In this document: positions 16,846 through 32,200 of the stretch, piece by piece
Layout of the letters: each line of letters opens with the position of its first letter
Position numbering within the stretch: the first letter of the stretch is position 1
NCBI GenBank assembly: GCA_964016885.1
Contig: OZ024744.1
Location: forward strand, 110,794,001-110,858,000
Origin: Eledone cirrhosa
Lineage: Eukaryota
Length of the DNA: 64,000 nucleotides
Reading direction: 5' to 3'
The notes under the pieces: model-generated
Told to the model about the DNA's origin: nothing
Databases searched by the model: none
What the model saw: the letters and a program-made list of their open reading frames with translations, nothing else
Made by a program: the position numbers and the translations under genes

Positions 16846-19800
16846 GAACACAGTAAAACTACACAATCCACTATAACTTACCTTGCCCTGAACACAGTAA
16901 AACTACACAATCCACTATAACTGAACTGGCCCTGAACACAGTAAAACGACACAAACAACTATAAATTACCTTACCCTGAACACAGTAAAACTACACAATC
17001 CACTATAACTTACTTTGCCCTGAACACAGTAAAACTACACAAACCACTATAACTTACCTTGCCCCGAAAACAGTAAAACTACACAATCCACTATAAATTA
17101 CCTTGCCCTGAACACAGTAAAACTACACAATCCACTATAACTTACTTTGCCATGAACACAGTAAAACTACACAATCCACTATAACTTACCTTGCCCAGAA
17201 CACAGTAAACCTACACAATCCAGTATAACTGAACTGGCCCTGAACACAGTAAAACTACACAATCCACTATAACTTAACTGGCCCTTAACACAGAAAAACT
17301 ACTTAATTCACTATAACTTACCTTGCTCTGAACACAGTAAAACTACACAATCCACTATAACTTACCTTGCCATTAACACAGTAAAACTACACAAACCACT
17401 ATAACTTACCTTGCTCTGAACACAGTAAAACTACACAATCCACTATAACCTACCTTGCTCTTAACACAATAAAACTACATAATCCACTATAACTTACCTT
17501 GCTCTTAACACAGTAAAATTACACAATCCACTATAATTTACCTTCTTCTGAACACAGTAAAACTACACAATCCACTATAACTTTCCTTGCCCTGAACACA
17601 GTAAAACTACACAATCCACTATAACTTACTTTGCCCTGAACACAGTAAAATTACACAATCCACTATAACTTACCTTGCCCTGAACACAGTAAAACTATAC
17701 AATCCACTATAACATACCTTGCCTGAACACAGTAACACTACACAATCCACTATAACTTAACTGGCCCTGAACACAGTAAACTACAGAATCCACTATAAGT
17801 TACCTTGCCCAGAACAAAGTCAAACTACACAAACCACTATAAATTACCTTGCTCTAAACACAGTAAAGCTCGACGATCCACTATAACTTACCTTGCCCTG
17901 AACACAGTAAAACTATACAATCCACTATAACATACCTTGCCTGAACACAGTAAAACTACATAATCCACTATAACTTAACTGGCCCTGAACACAGTAAAAC
18001 TACACGATCCACTATAACTTACTTTGCCCTGAACACAGTAAAACTACATAATCCACCATAACTTACCTTGCCCTGAACACAGTAAAACTACACAATCCAC
18101 TATAACTTACTTTGCCCTGAACACAGTAAAACTACACAAACAACTATAAATTACCTTGCTCTAAACACAGTAAAACTACACAATCCACTATAACTTACCT
18201 TGTCCTGAACACAGTAAAACTACACAATCCACTATAAATTACCTTACCCTGAACACAGTAAAACTACACAATCCACTATAACTTACTTTGCCTGAATACA
18301 GTCAAACTACACAATCCACTATAAATTACCTTGCCCTGAAAACAGTAAAACTACACAATCCACTATAAATTACCTTGCCCCAAACACAGTGAAACTACAC
18401 AATCCACTATAACTTACTTTGCCATGAACACAGTAAAACTACACAATCCACTATAACTGAACTGGCCCTGAACACAGTAAAACTACACAAACAACTATAA
18501 ATTAGCTTACCCTGAACACAGTAAAACTACACAATCCACTATAACTTACTTTGCCCTGAACACAGTAAAACTACACAAACCACTATAACTTACCTTGCCC
18601 TGAAAACAGTAAAACTACACAATCCACTATAATATACCTTGCCCTGAAAACAGTAAAACTACACAATCCACTATAATATACCTTGCCCTGAAAACAGTAA
18701 AACTACACAATCCACTATAACTTACCTTGCCCTGAAAACAGTAAAACTACACAATCCACTATAAATTACCTTGCCCTGAACACAGTAAAACTACACAATC
18801 CACTATAACTGAACTGGCCCTGAACACAGTACATTCCACTATAAATTACCTTGCCCTGAACACAGTAAAACTACACAAACCACTATAACTGAACTGGCCC
18901 TGAACACAGTAACACTACACAATCCACTATAACTGAACTGGCCCTGAACACAGTAAACTACAGAATCCACTATAACTTGCCTTGCCCAAAACAAAGTAAA
19001 ACTACGTAATCCACTATAACTTACCTTGCCCTGAACACAGTAAAACTACTCAATCACTATAACTTTTTTTGCCCTGAACACAGTAAAACTACACAAACCA
19101 CTATAAATTACCTTGCTCTAAACACAATAAAGCTAGACAATCCACTATAACTTACCTTGCCCTGAACACAGGAAAACTACACAATCCACTATAACTTAAC
19201 TGGCCCTGAACACAGTAAACTACACAATCGACTATAACTTATCTTGCCCAGAACAAATTAAAACAAAGTAATCCACTATACCTTACCTTGCCCTGAACAC
19301 AGTAAAACTACACGATCCACTATAACTTACTTTGCCCTGAACACAGTAAAACTACAATAACAACTATAAATTACCTTGCTCTAAACACTGTAAAACTACA
19401 CAAGCGACTATAACTTACCTTGCCCTGAACACATTAAAACTACACAATCCACTTTAACTTACCTTGCCCTGAACACAGTAAAACTACACAATCCACTCTA
19501 ACTTACTTTGCCCTGAACACAGTCAAACTACACAAACCACTATAACTTACCTTGCCCTGAAAACAGTAAAACTACACGATCCACTATAAATTACCTTGCC
19601 CTGAAAACAGTAAAACTACACAATCCACTATAAATTAGCTTGCCCTGAACACAGTAAAACTACACAATCCACTATAACTTACTTTGCCATGAACACAGTA
19701 AAACTACACAATCCACTATAACTTACCTTGCCCTGAACACAGTAAAACTACACAATCCACTATAACTGAACTGGCCCTGAACACAGTAAAACTACACAAA

Positions 19801-22800
19801 CAACTATAAATTACCTTACCCTGAACACAGTAAAACTACACAATCCACTATAACTTACTTTGCCCTGAACACAGTAAAACTACACAAACCACTATAACTT
19901 ACCTTGCCCTGAAAACAGTAAAACTACACAATCCACTATAAATTACCTTGCCCTGAAAACAGTAAAACTACACAATCCACTATAAATTACCTTGCCCTGA
20001 ACACAGTAAAACTACACAATCCACTATAACTTACTTTGCCATGAACACAGTAAAACTACACAATCCACTATAACTTACCTTGCCCTGAACACAGTAAAAC
20101 TACACAAACCACTATAAATTACCTTGCTCTAAACACAATAAAGCTAGACAATCCACTATAACTTACCTTGCCCTGAACACAGGAAAACTACACAATCCAC
20201 TATAACTTAACTGGCCCTGAACACAGTAAACTACACAATCGACTATAACTTACCTTGCCCAGAACAAATTAAAACAAAGTAATCCACTATACCTTACCTT
20301 GCCCTGAACACAGTAAAACTACACGATCCACTATAACTTACTTTGCCCTGAACACAGTAAAACTACAATAACAACTATAAATTACCTTGCTCTAAACACT
20401 GTAAAACTACACAAGCGACTATAACTTACCTTGCCCTGAACAATTTAAAACTACACAATCCACTATAATTTACCTTGCCCTGAACACAGTAAACTACACA
20501 TTCCACTATAACTTAACTGGCCCTGAACACAGTAAACTACAGAATCCACTATAACATACCTTGCCTGAACACAGTAAAACTACACAATCCACTACAACTT
20601 AACTGGCCCTGAACAGACTAAACTACAGAATCCACTATAACTTACCTTGCTCTGAACACAGGAAAACTACACAATCCACTATAACTTAACTGGCCCTGAA
20701 CACAGTAAAACTACACAATCCACTATAAGTTACCTTGCTCTGAAAGCAGTAAAACTACACAATCCCCTATAACTTACTTTGCCCTGAACACAGTAAAACT
20801 ACACAAACAACTATAAATTACCTTACCCTGAACACAGTAAAACTACACGATCCACTATAACTTACTTTGCCCTGAACACATTAAAACTACACAAACCACT
20901 ATAACTTACCTTGCCCTGAACACAGTAAAACTACTATAATTCACTATAACTTACCTTGCCCTGAACACAGTAAAACTACACAATCCACTATACCTAACCT
21001 TGCCCTGAACACAGTAAAACTACACAATCCACTATAACTTACCTTGCTCTGAACACAGTAAAACTAGACAATCCACTATACCTTACCTTGCCCTGAAAAC
21101 AGTAAAACTACACAATCCACTATAACTTAACTGGCCCTGAACACAGTATACTACAGAATCCACTATAACTTACCTTGCCCAGAACAAATTAAAACTACGT
21201 AATCCACTATACCTTACCTTGCCCTGAACACAGTAAAACTACACAATCCACTATAACTTACTTTGCCCTGAACGCAGTAAAACTAAACAAACAACTATAA
21301 ATTACCTTGCTCTAAACACAGTAAAACTACACAATCCACTATAACTTACCTTGACCTGAACAATTTAAAACTACACAATCCACTATAACTTACCTTGCCC
21401 TGAACACAGTAAAACTACACAATCCACTATAACTTACCTTGCCCTGAAAACAGTAAAACTACACAATCCACTATAAATTACCTTGCCCTGAAAACAGTAA
21501 AACTACACAATCCAGTATAAATTACCTTGCCCCAAACACAGTGAAACTACACAATCCACTATAACTTACTTTGCCATGAACACAGTAAAACTACACAATC
21601 CACTATAACTTACCTTGCCCTGAAAACAGTAAAACTACACAATCCACTATAACTGAACTGGCCCTGAACACAGTAAAACTACACAAACAACTATAAATTA
21701 GCTTACCCTGAATACAGTAAAACTACACGATCCACTATAACTTACTTTGCCCTGAATACAGTCAAACTACACAAACCACTATAATTTACCTTGCCCTGAA
21801 AACAGTAAAACTACACAATCCACTATAAATTACCTTGCCCTGAAAACAGTAAAACTACACAATCCACTATAAATTACCTTGCCCCGAACACAGTGAAACT
21901 ACACAATCCACTATAACTTACTTTGCCATGAACACAGTAAAACTACACAATCCACTATAACTTACCTTGCCCTGAAAACAGTAAAACTACACAATCCACT
22001 ATAACTGAACTGGCCCTGAACACAGTAAAACTACACAAACAACTTTAAATTAGCTTACCCTGAACACAGTAAAACTACACAATCCACTATAACTTACTTT
22101 GCCCTGAACACAGTAAAACTACACAAACCACTATAACTTACCTTGCCCTGAACACAGTAAAACTACACAATCCACTATAACTTACCTTGCCCTGAACACA
22201 GTAAAACTACACAATACACTATAACTTACCTTGCCCTGAACACAGTAAAACTATACAATCCACTATAACATACCTTGCCTGAACACAGTAAAACTACACA
22301 ATCCACTATAACTTAACTGGCCCTGAACAGACTAAACTACAGAATCCACTATAACTTACCTTGCTCTGAACACAGGAAAACTACACAATCCACTATAACT
22401 TAACTGGCCCTGAACACAGTAAAACTACACAATCCACTATAAGTTACCTTGCTCTGAAAGCAGTAAAACTACACAATCCCCTATAACTTACTTTGCCCTG
22501 AACACAGTAAAACTACACAATCCACTATAACTTACTTTGCCCTGAACACATTAAAACTACACAAACCACTATAACTTACCTTGCACTGAACACAGTAAAA
22601 CTACACAATCCACTATACCTAACCTTGCCCTGAACACAGTAAAACTACACAATCCACTATAACTTACCTTGCTCTGAACACAGTAAAACTACACAATCCA
22701 CTATACCTTACCTTGCCCTGAAAACAGTAAAACTACACAATCCACTATAACTTAACTGGCCCTGAACACAGTATACTACAGAATCCACTATAACTTACCT

Positions 22801-25800
22801 TGCCCAGAACAAATTAAAACTACGTAATCCACTATACCTTACCTTGCCCTGAACACAGTAAAACTACACGATCCACTATAACTTACTTTGCCCTGAACAC
22901 AGTAAAACTAAACAAACAACTATAAATTACCTTTCTCTAAACACAGTAAAACTACACAATCCACTATAACTTACCTTGACCTGAACAATTTAAAACTACA
23001 CAATCCACTATAACTTACCTTGCCCTGAACACAGTAAAACTACACAATCCACTATAAATTACCTTACCCTGAAAACAGTAAAACTACACAATCCACTATA
23101 AATTACCTTGCCCTGAAAACAGTAAAACTACACAATCCACTATAAATTACCTGGCCCTGAACACACTAAAACTACACAATCCACTATAACTTACTTTGCC
23201 ATGAACACAGTAAAACTACACAATCCACTATAACTTACCTTGCCCTGAACACAGTAAAACTACACAATCCACTATAACTGAACTGGCCCTGAACACAGTA
23301 AAACGACACAAACAACTATAAATTACCTTACCCTGAACACAGTAAAACTACACAATCCACTATAACTTACTTTGCCCTGAACACAGTAAAACTACACAAA
23401 CCACTATAACTTACCTTGCCCCGAAAACAGTAAAACTACACAATCCACTATAAATTACCTTGCCCTGAACACAGTAAAACTACACAATCCACTATAACTT
23501 ACTTTGCCATGAACACAGTAAAACTACACAATCCACTATAACTTACCTTGCCCAGAACACAGTAAACCTACACAATCCAGTATAACTGAACTGGCCCTGA
23601 ACACAGTAAAACTACACAATCCACTATAACTTAACTGGCCCTTAACACAGAAAAACCACTTAATTCACTATAACTTACCTTGCTCTGAACACAGTAAAAC
23701 TACACAATCCACTATAACTTACCTTGCCATTAACACAGTAAAACTACACAAACCACTATAACTTACCTTGCTCTGAACACAGTAAAACTACACAATCCAC
23801 TATAACCTACCTTGCTCTGAACACAATAAAACTACATAATCCACTATAACTTACCTTGCTCTTAACACAGTAAAATTACACAATCCACTATAATTTACCT
23901 TCTTCTGAACACAGTAAAACTACACAATCCACTATAACTTTCCTTGCCCTGAACACAGTAAAACTACACAATCCACTATAACTTACTTTGCCCTGAACAC
24001 AGTAAAATTACACAATCCACTATAACTTACCTTGCCCTGAACACAGTAAAACTATACAATCCACTATAACATACCTTGCCTGAACACAGTAACACTACAC
24101 AATCCACTATAACTTAACTGGCCCTGAACACAGTAAACTACAGAATCCACTATAAGTTACCTTGCCCAGAACAAAGTCAAACTACACAAACCACTATAAA
24201 TTACCTTGCTCTAAACACAGTAAAGCTCGACAATCCACTATAACTTACCTTGCCCTGAACACAGTAAAACTATACAATCCACTATAACATACCTTGCCTG
24301 AACACAGTAAAACTACATAATCCACTATAACTTAACTGGCCCTGAACACAGTAAAACTACACGATCCACTATAACTTACTTTGCCCTGAACACAGTAAAA
24401 CTACATAATCCACCATAACTTACCTTGCCCTGAACACAGTAAAACTACACAATCCACTATAACTTACTTTGCCCTGAACACAGTAAAACTACACAAACAA
24501 CTATAAATTACCTTGCTCTAAACACAGTAAAACTACACAATCCACTATAACTTACCTTGCCCTGAACACAGTAAAACTACACAATCCACTATAAATTACC
24601 TTACCCTGAACACAGTAAAACTACACAATCCACTATAACTTACTTTGCCCTGAATACAGTCAAACTACACAATCCACTATAAATTACCTTGCCCTGAAAA
24701 CAGTAAAACTACACAATCCACTATAAATTACCTTGCCCCAAACACAGTGAAACTACACAATCCACTATAACTTACTTTGCCATGAACACAGTAAAACTAC
24801 ACAATCCACTATAACTGAACTGGCCCTGAACACAGTAAAACTACACAATCCACTATAATATACCTTGCCCTGAAAACAGTAAAACTACACAATCCACTAT
24901 AATATACCTTGCCCTGAAAACAGTAAAACTACACAATCCACTATAACTTACCTTGCCCTGAAAACAGTAAAACTACACAATCCACTATAAATTACCTTGC
25001 CCTGAACACAGTAAAACTACACAATCCACTATAACTGAACTGGCCCTGAACACAGTACATTCCACTATAAATTACCTTGCCCTGAACACAGTAAAACTAC
25101 ACAAACCACTATAACTGAACTGGCCCTGAACACAGTAACACTACACAATCCACTATAACTGAACGGGCCCTGAACACAGTAAACTACAGAATCCACTATA
25201 ACTTGCCTTGCCCAAAACAAAGTAAAACTACGTAATCCCCTATAACTTACCTTGCCCTGAACACAGTAAAACTACTCAATCACTATAACTTTTTTTGCCC
25301 TGAACACAGTAAAACTACACAAACCACTATAAATTACCTTGCTCTAAACACAATAAAGCTAGACAATCCACTATAACTTACCTTGCCCTGAACACAGGAA
25401 AACTACACAATCCACTATAACTTAACTGGCCCTGAACACAGTAAACTACACAATCGACTATAACTTACCTTGCCCAGAACAAATTAAAACAAAGTAATCC
25501 ACTATACCTTACCTTGCCCTGAACACAGTAAAACTACACGATCCACTATAACTTACTTTGCCCTGAACACAGTAAAACTACAATAACAACTATAAATTAC
25601 CTTGCTCTAAACACTGTAAAACTACACAAGCGACTATAACTTACCTTGCCCTGAACACATTAAAACTACACAATCCACTTTAACTTACCTTGCCCTGAAC
25701 ACAGTAAAACTACACAATCCACTCTAACTTACTTTGCCCTGAACACAGTCAAACTACACAAACCACTATAACTTACCTTGCCCTGAAAACAGTAAAACTA

Positions 25801-26300
25801 CACGATCCACTATAAATTACCTTGCCCTGAAAACAGTAAAACTACACAATCCACTATAAATTAGCTTGCCCTGAACACAGTAAAACTACACAATCCACTA
25901 TAACTTACTTTGCCATGAACACAGTAAAACTACACAATCCACTATAACTTACCTTGCCCTGAACACAGTAAAACTACACAATCCACTATAACTGAACTGG
26001 CCCTGAACACAGTAAAACTACACAAACAACTATAAATTACCTTACCCTGAACACAGTAAAACTACACAATCCACTATAACTTACTTTGCCCTGAACACAG
26101 TAAAACTACACAAACCACTATAACTTACCTTGCCCTGAAAACAGTAAAACTACACAATCCACTATAAATTACCTTGCCCTGAAAACAGTAAAACTACACA
26201 ATCCACTATAAATTACCTTGCCCTGAACACAGTAAAACTACACAATCCACTATAACTTACTTTGCCATGAACACAGTAAAACTACACAATCCACTATAAC
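13860..26300. repeat. Second tandem higher-order duplication, ~6.2-6.35 kb unit (copy 1 ~13.9-20.1 kb, copy 2 ~20.1-26.3 kb)
   Basis: GAAAGCAG 14473/20742 and 16099/22456. At offset 6226: GTACATTCC 18829/25055, T-tract 19064/25290, and the private variant ACTTTAAC 19451/25677. Confidence 0.85.
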
Positions 26301-29249
26301 TTACCTTGCCCAGAACACAGTAAACCTACACAATCCACTATAACTGAACTGGCCCTGAACACAGTAAAACTACACAATCCACTATAACTTAACTGGCCCT
26401 TAACACAGAAAAACCACTTAATTCACTATAACTTACCTTGCTCTGAACACAGTAAAACTACACAATCCACTATAACTTACCTTGCCCTGAACACAGCAAA
26501 ACTACACAATCCACTCTAACTTACTTTGCCCTGAACACAGTCAAACTACACAAACCACTATAACTTACCTTGCCCTGAAAACAGTAAAACTACACAATCC
26601 ACTATAAATTACCTTGCCCTGAACACAGTAAAACTACACAATCCACTATAACTTACTTTGCCATGAACACAGTAAAACTACACAATCCACTATAACTTAC
26701 CTTGCCCTGAACACAGTAAAACTACACAATCCACTATAACTGAACTGGCCCTGAACACAGTAAAACTACACAAACAACTATAAATTACCTTACCCTGAAC
26801 ACAGTAAAACTACACAATCCACTATAACTTACTTTGCCCTGAACACAGTAAAACTACACAAACCACTATAACTTACCTTGCCCTGAAAACAGTAAAACTA
26901 CACAATCCACTATAAATTACCTTGCCCTGAAAACAGTAAAACTACACAATCCACTATAAATTACCTTGCCCTGAACACAGTAAAACTACACAATCCACTA
27001 TAACTTACTTTGCCATGAACACAGTAAAACTACACAATCCACTATAACTTACCTTGCCCTGAACACAGTAAAACTATACAATCCACTATAACATACCTTG
27101 CCTGAACACAGTAACACTACACAATCCACTATAACTTAACTGGCCCTGAACACAGTAAACTACAGAATCCACTATAACTTACCTTGCCCAGAACAAAGTC
27201 AAACTACACAAACCACTATAAATTACCTTGCTCTAAACACAGTAAAGCTCGACAATCCACTATAACTTACCTTGCCCTGAACACAGTAAAACTATACAAT
27301 CCACTATAACATACCTTGCCTGAACACAGTAAAACTACATAATCCACTATAACATAACTGGCCCTGAACACAGTAAAACTACACGATCCACTATAACTTA
27401 CTTTGCCCTGAACACAGTAAAACTACATAATCCACCATAACTTACCTTCGCCTGAACACAGTAAAACTACATAATCCACCATAACTTACCTTGCCCTGAA
27501 CACAGTAAAACTACACAATCCACTATAACTTACTTTGCCCTGAACACAGTAAAACTACACAAACAACTATAAATGACCTTGCTCTAAACACAGTAAAACT
27601 ACACAATCCACTATAACTTACCTTGCCCTGAACACAGTAAAACTGCACAATCCACTATAAATTACCTTACCCTGAACACAATAAAACTACACAATCCACT
27701 ATAAATTACCTTGCCCCAAACACAGTGAAACTACACAATCCACTATAACTTACTTTGCCATGAACACAGTAAAACTACACAATCCACTATAACTTACCTT
27801 GCCCTGAAAACAGTAAAACTACACAATCCACTATAACTGAACTGGCCCTGAACACAGTAAAACTACACAAACAACTATAAATTAGCTTACCCTGAACACA
27901 GTAAAACTACACAATCCACTATAACTTACTTTGCCCTGAACACAGTAAAACTACACAAACCACTATAACTTACCTTGCCCTGAAAACAGTAAAACTACAC
28001 AATCCACTATAATATACCTTGCCCTGAAAACAGTAAAACTACACAATCCACTATAAATTACCTTGCCCTGAACACAGTAAAACTACACAATCCACTATAA
28101 CTGAACTGGCCCTGAACACAGTACATTCCACTATAACTTACCTTGCCCTGAACACAGTAAAACTACACAAACCACTATAACTGAACTGGCCCTGAACACA
28201 GTAACACTACACAATCCACTATAACTGAACTGGCCCTGAACACAGTAAACTACAGAATCCACTATAACTTGCCTTGCCCAAAACAAAGTAAAACTACGTA
28301 ATCCACTATAACTTACCTTGCCTGGAACACAGTAAAACTACTCAATCCACAATAGCTTACTTTGCCCTGAAAACAGTAAAACTACACAATCCACTATAAC
28401 TTACCTTGCCCTGATCACAGTAAAACTACACAATCACTATAACTTTTTTTGCCCTGAACACAGTAAAACTACACAAACCACTATAAATTACCTTGCTCTA
28501 AACACAATAAAGCTAGACAATCCACTATAACTTACCTTGCCCTGAACACAGGAAAACTACACAATCCACTATAACTTAACTGGCCCTGAACACAGTAAAC
28601 TACACAATCGACTATAACTTACCTTGCCCAGAACAAATTAAAACAAAGTAATCCACTATACCTTACCTTGCCCTGAACACAGTAAAACTACACGATCCAC
28701 TATAACTTACTTTGCCCTGAACACAGTAAAACTACAATAACAACTATAAATTACCTTGCTCTAAACACTGTAAAACTACACAAGCGACTATAACTTACCT
28801 TACCCTGAACACATTAAAACTACACAATCCACTATAACTTACCTTGCCCTGAACACAGTAAAACTACACAATCCACTCTAACTTACTTTGCCCTGAACAC
28901 AGTCAAACTACACAAACCACTATAACTTACCTTGCCCTGAAAACAGTAAAACTACACAATCTACTATAAATTACCTTGCCCTGAAAACAGTAAAACTACA
29001 CAATCCACTATAAATTACCTTGCCCTGAACACAGTAAAACTACACAATCCACTATAACTTACTTTGCCATGAACACAGTAAAACTACACAATCCACTATA
29101 ACTTACCTTGCCCTGAACACAGTAAAACTACACAATCCACTATAACTGAACTGGCCCTGAACACAGTAAAACTACACAAACAACTATAAATTACCTTACC
29201 CTGAACACAGTAAAACTACACAATCCACTATAACTTACTTTGCCCTGAA

Positions 29250-32200
29250 CACAGTAAAACTACACAAACCACTATAACTTACCTTGCCCTGAAAACAGTA
29301 AAACTACACAATCCACTATAAATTACCTTGCCCTGAAAACAGTAAAACTACACAATCCACTATAAATTACCTTGCCCTCAACACAGTAAAACTACACAAT
29401 CCACTATAACTTACTTTGCCATGAACACAGTAAAACTACACAATCCACTATAATTTACCTTGCCCAGAACACAGTAAACCTACACAATCCACTATAACTG
29501 AACTGGCCCTGAACACAGTACAACTACACAATCCACTATAACTTAACTGGCCCTTAACACAGAAAAACCACTTAATTCACTATAACTTACCTTGCTCTGA
29601 ACACAGTAAAACTACACAATCCACTATAACTTACCTTGCCCTGAACACAGTAAAACTACACAATCCACTCTAACTTACTTTGCCCTGAACACAGTCAAAC
29701 TACACAAACCACTATAACTTACCTTACCCTGAAAACAGTAAAACTACACAATCCACTATAAATTACCTTGCCCTGAAAACAGTAAAACTACACAATCCAC
29801 TATAAATTACCTTGCCCTGAACACAGTAAAACTACACAATCCACTATAACTTACTTTGCCATGAACACAGTAAAACTACACAATCCACTATAACTTACCT
29901 TGCCCTGAACACAGTAAAACTACACAATCCACTATAACTGAACTGGCCCTGAACACAGTAAAACTACACAAACAACTATAAATTACCTTACCCTGAACAC
30001 AGTAAAACTACACAATCCACTATAACTGAACTGGCCCTGAACACAGTAAAACTACACAAACAACTATAAATTACCTTACCCTGAACACAGTAAAACTACA
30101 CAACCCACTATAACTTACCTTGCTCTGAACACAGTAAAACTACACAATCCACTATAACTTACATTGCCCTGAAAACAGTAAAGCTACACAATCCACTATA
30201 AATTACCTTGCCCTGAAAACAGTAAAACTACACAATCCACTATAAATTACTTTGCCATGAACACAGTAAAACTACACAATCCACTATAACTTACCTTGCC
30301 CAGAACACAGTAAACCTACACAATCCACTATAACTGAACTGGCCCTGAACACAGTAAAACTACACAATCCACTATAACTTACTTTGCCATGAACACAGTA
30401 AAACTACACAATCCACTATAACTTACCTTGCCCAGAACACAGTAAACCTACACAATCCACTATAACTGAACTGGCCCTGAACACAGTAAAACTACACAAT
30501 CCACTATAACTTACCTTGCCCTTAACACTGTAAAACTACACAAACCACTATAACTTACCTTGCCCTGAACACAGTAAAACTACACAATCCACTATTACCT
30601 ACCTTGCTCTGAACACAATAAAACTACATAATACACTATAACTTACCTTGCTCTGAACACAGTAACATTACACAATCCACTATAATTTACCTTCTTCTGA
30701 ACACAGTAAAACTACACAATCCACTATAACTTTCCTTGCCCTGAACACAGTAAATCTACACAATCCACTATAACTTACTTTGCCCTGAACACAGTAAAAT
30801 TACACAATCCACTATAACTTACCTTGCTCTAAACACAGTAAAGTTCGACAATCCACTATAACTTACCTTGCCCTGAACACAGTAAAATTATACAATCCAC
30901 TATAACATACCTTGCCTGAACACAGTAAAACTACATAATCCACTATAACTTAACTGGCCCTGAACACAGTAAAACTTCACAATCCACTATAACTTAACTG
31001 GCCCTGAACAGACTAAACTACAGAATCCACTATAACTTACCTTGCTCTGAATACAGGAAAACTACACAAGCGACTATAACTTACCTTGCCCTGAACAGAT
31101 TAAAACTACACAATCCACTATAACTTACCTTGCCCTGAACACAGTAAAACTACACAATCCACTCTAACTTACTTTGCCCTGAACACAGTCAAACTACACA
31201 AACCACTATAACTTACCTTGCCCTGAAAACAGTAAAACTACACAATCCACTATAAATTACCTTGCCCTGAAAACAGTAAAACTACACAATCCACTATAAA
31301 TTACCTTGCCCTGAACACAGTAAAACTACACAATCCACTATAACTTACTTTGCCATGAACACAGTAAAACTACACAATCCACTATAACTTACCTTGCCCT
31401 GAACACAGTAAAACTACACAATCCACTATAACTGAACTGGCCCTGAACACAGTAAAACTACACAAACAACTATAAATTACCTTACCCTGAACACAGTAAA
31501 ACTACACAATCCACTATAACTTAACTGGCCCTGAACACAGTAAACTACAGAATCCACTATAACTTACCTTGCCCAGAACAAAGTCAAACTACACAAACCA
31601 CTATAAATTACCTTGCTCTAAACACAGTAAAGCTCGACAATCCACTATAACTTACCTTGCCCTGAACACAGTAAAACTATACAATCCACTATAACATACC
31701 TTGCCTGAACACAGTAAAACTACATAATCCACTATAACTTAACTGGCCCTGAACACAGTAAAACTACACGATCCACTATAACTTACCTTGCCCTGAACAC
31801 AGTAAAACTACATAATCCACCATAACTTACCTTGCCCTGAACACAGTAAAACTACATAATCCACCATAACTTACCTTGCCCTGAACACAGTAAAACTACA
31901 CAATCCACTATAACTTACTTTGCCCTGAACACAGTAAAACTACACAAACAACTATAAATTACCTTGCTCTAAACACAGTAAAACTACACAATCCACTATA
32001 ACTTACCTTGCCCTGAACACAGTAAAACTACACAATCCACTATAAATTACCTTACCCTGAACACAGTAAAACTACACAATCCACTATAACTTACTATGCC
32101 CTGAATACAGTCAAACTACACAAACCACTATAACTTACCTTGCCCTGAAAACAGTAAAACTACACAATCCACTATAAATTACCTTGCCCTGAAAACAGTA

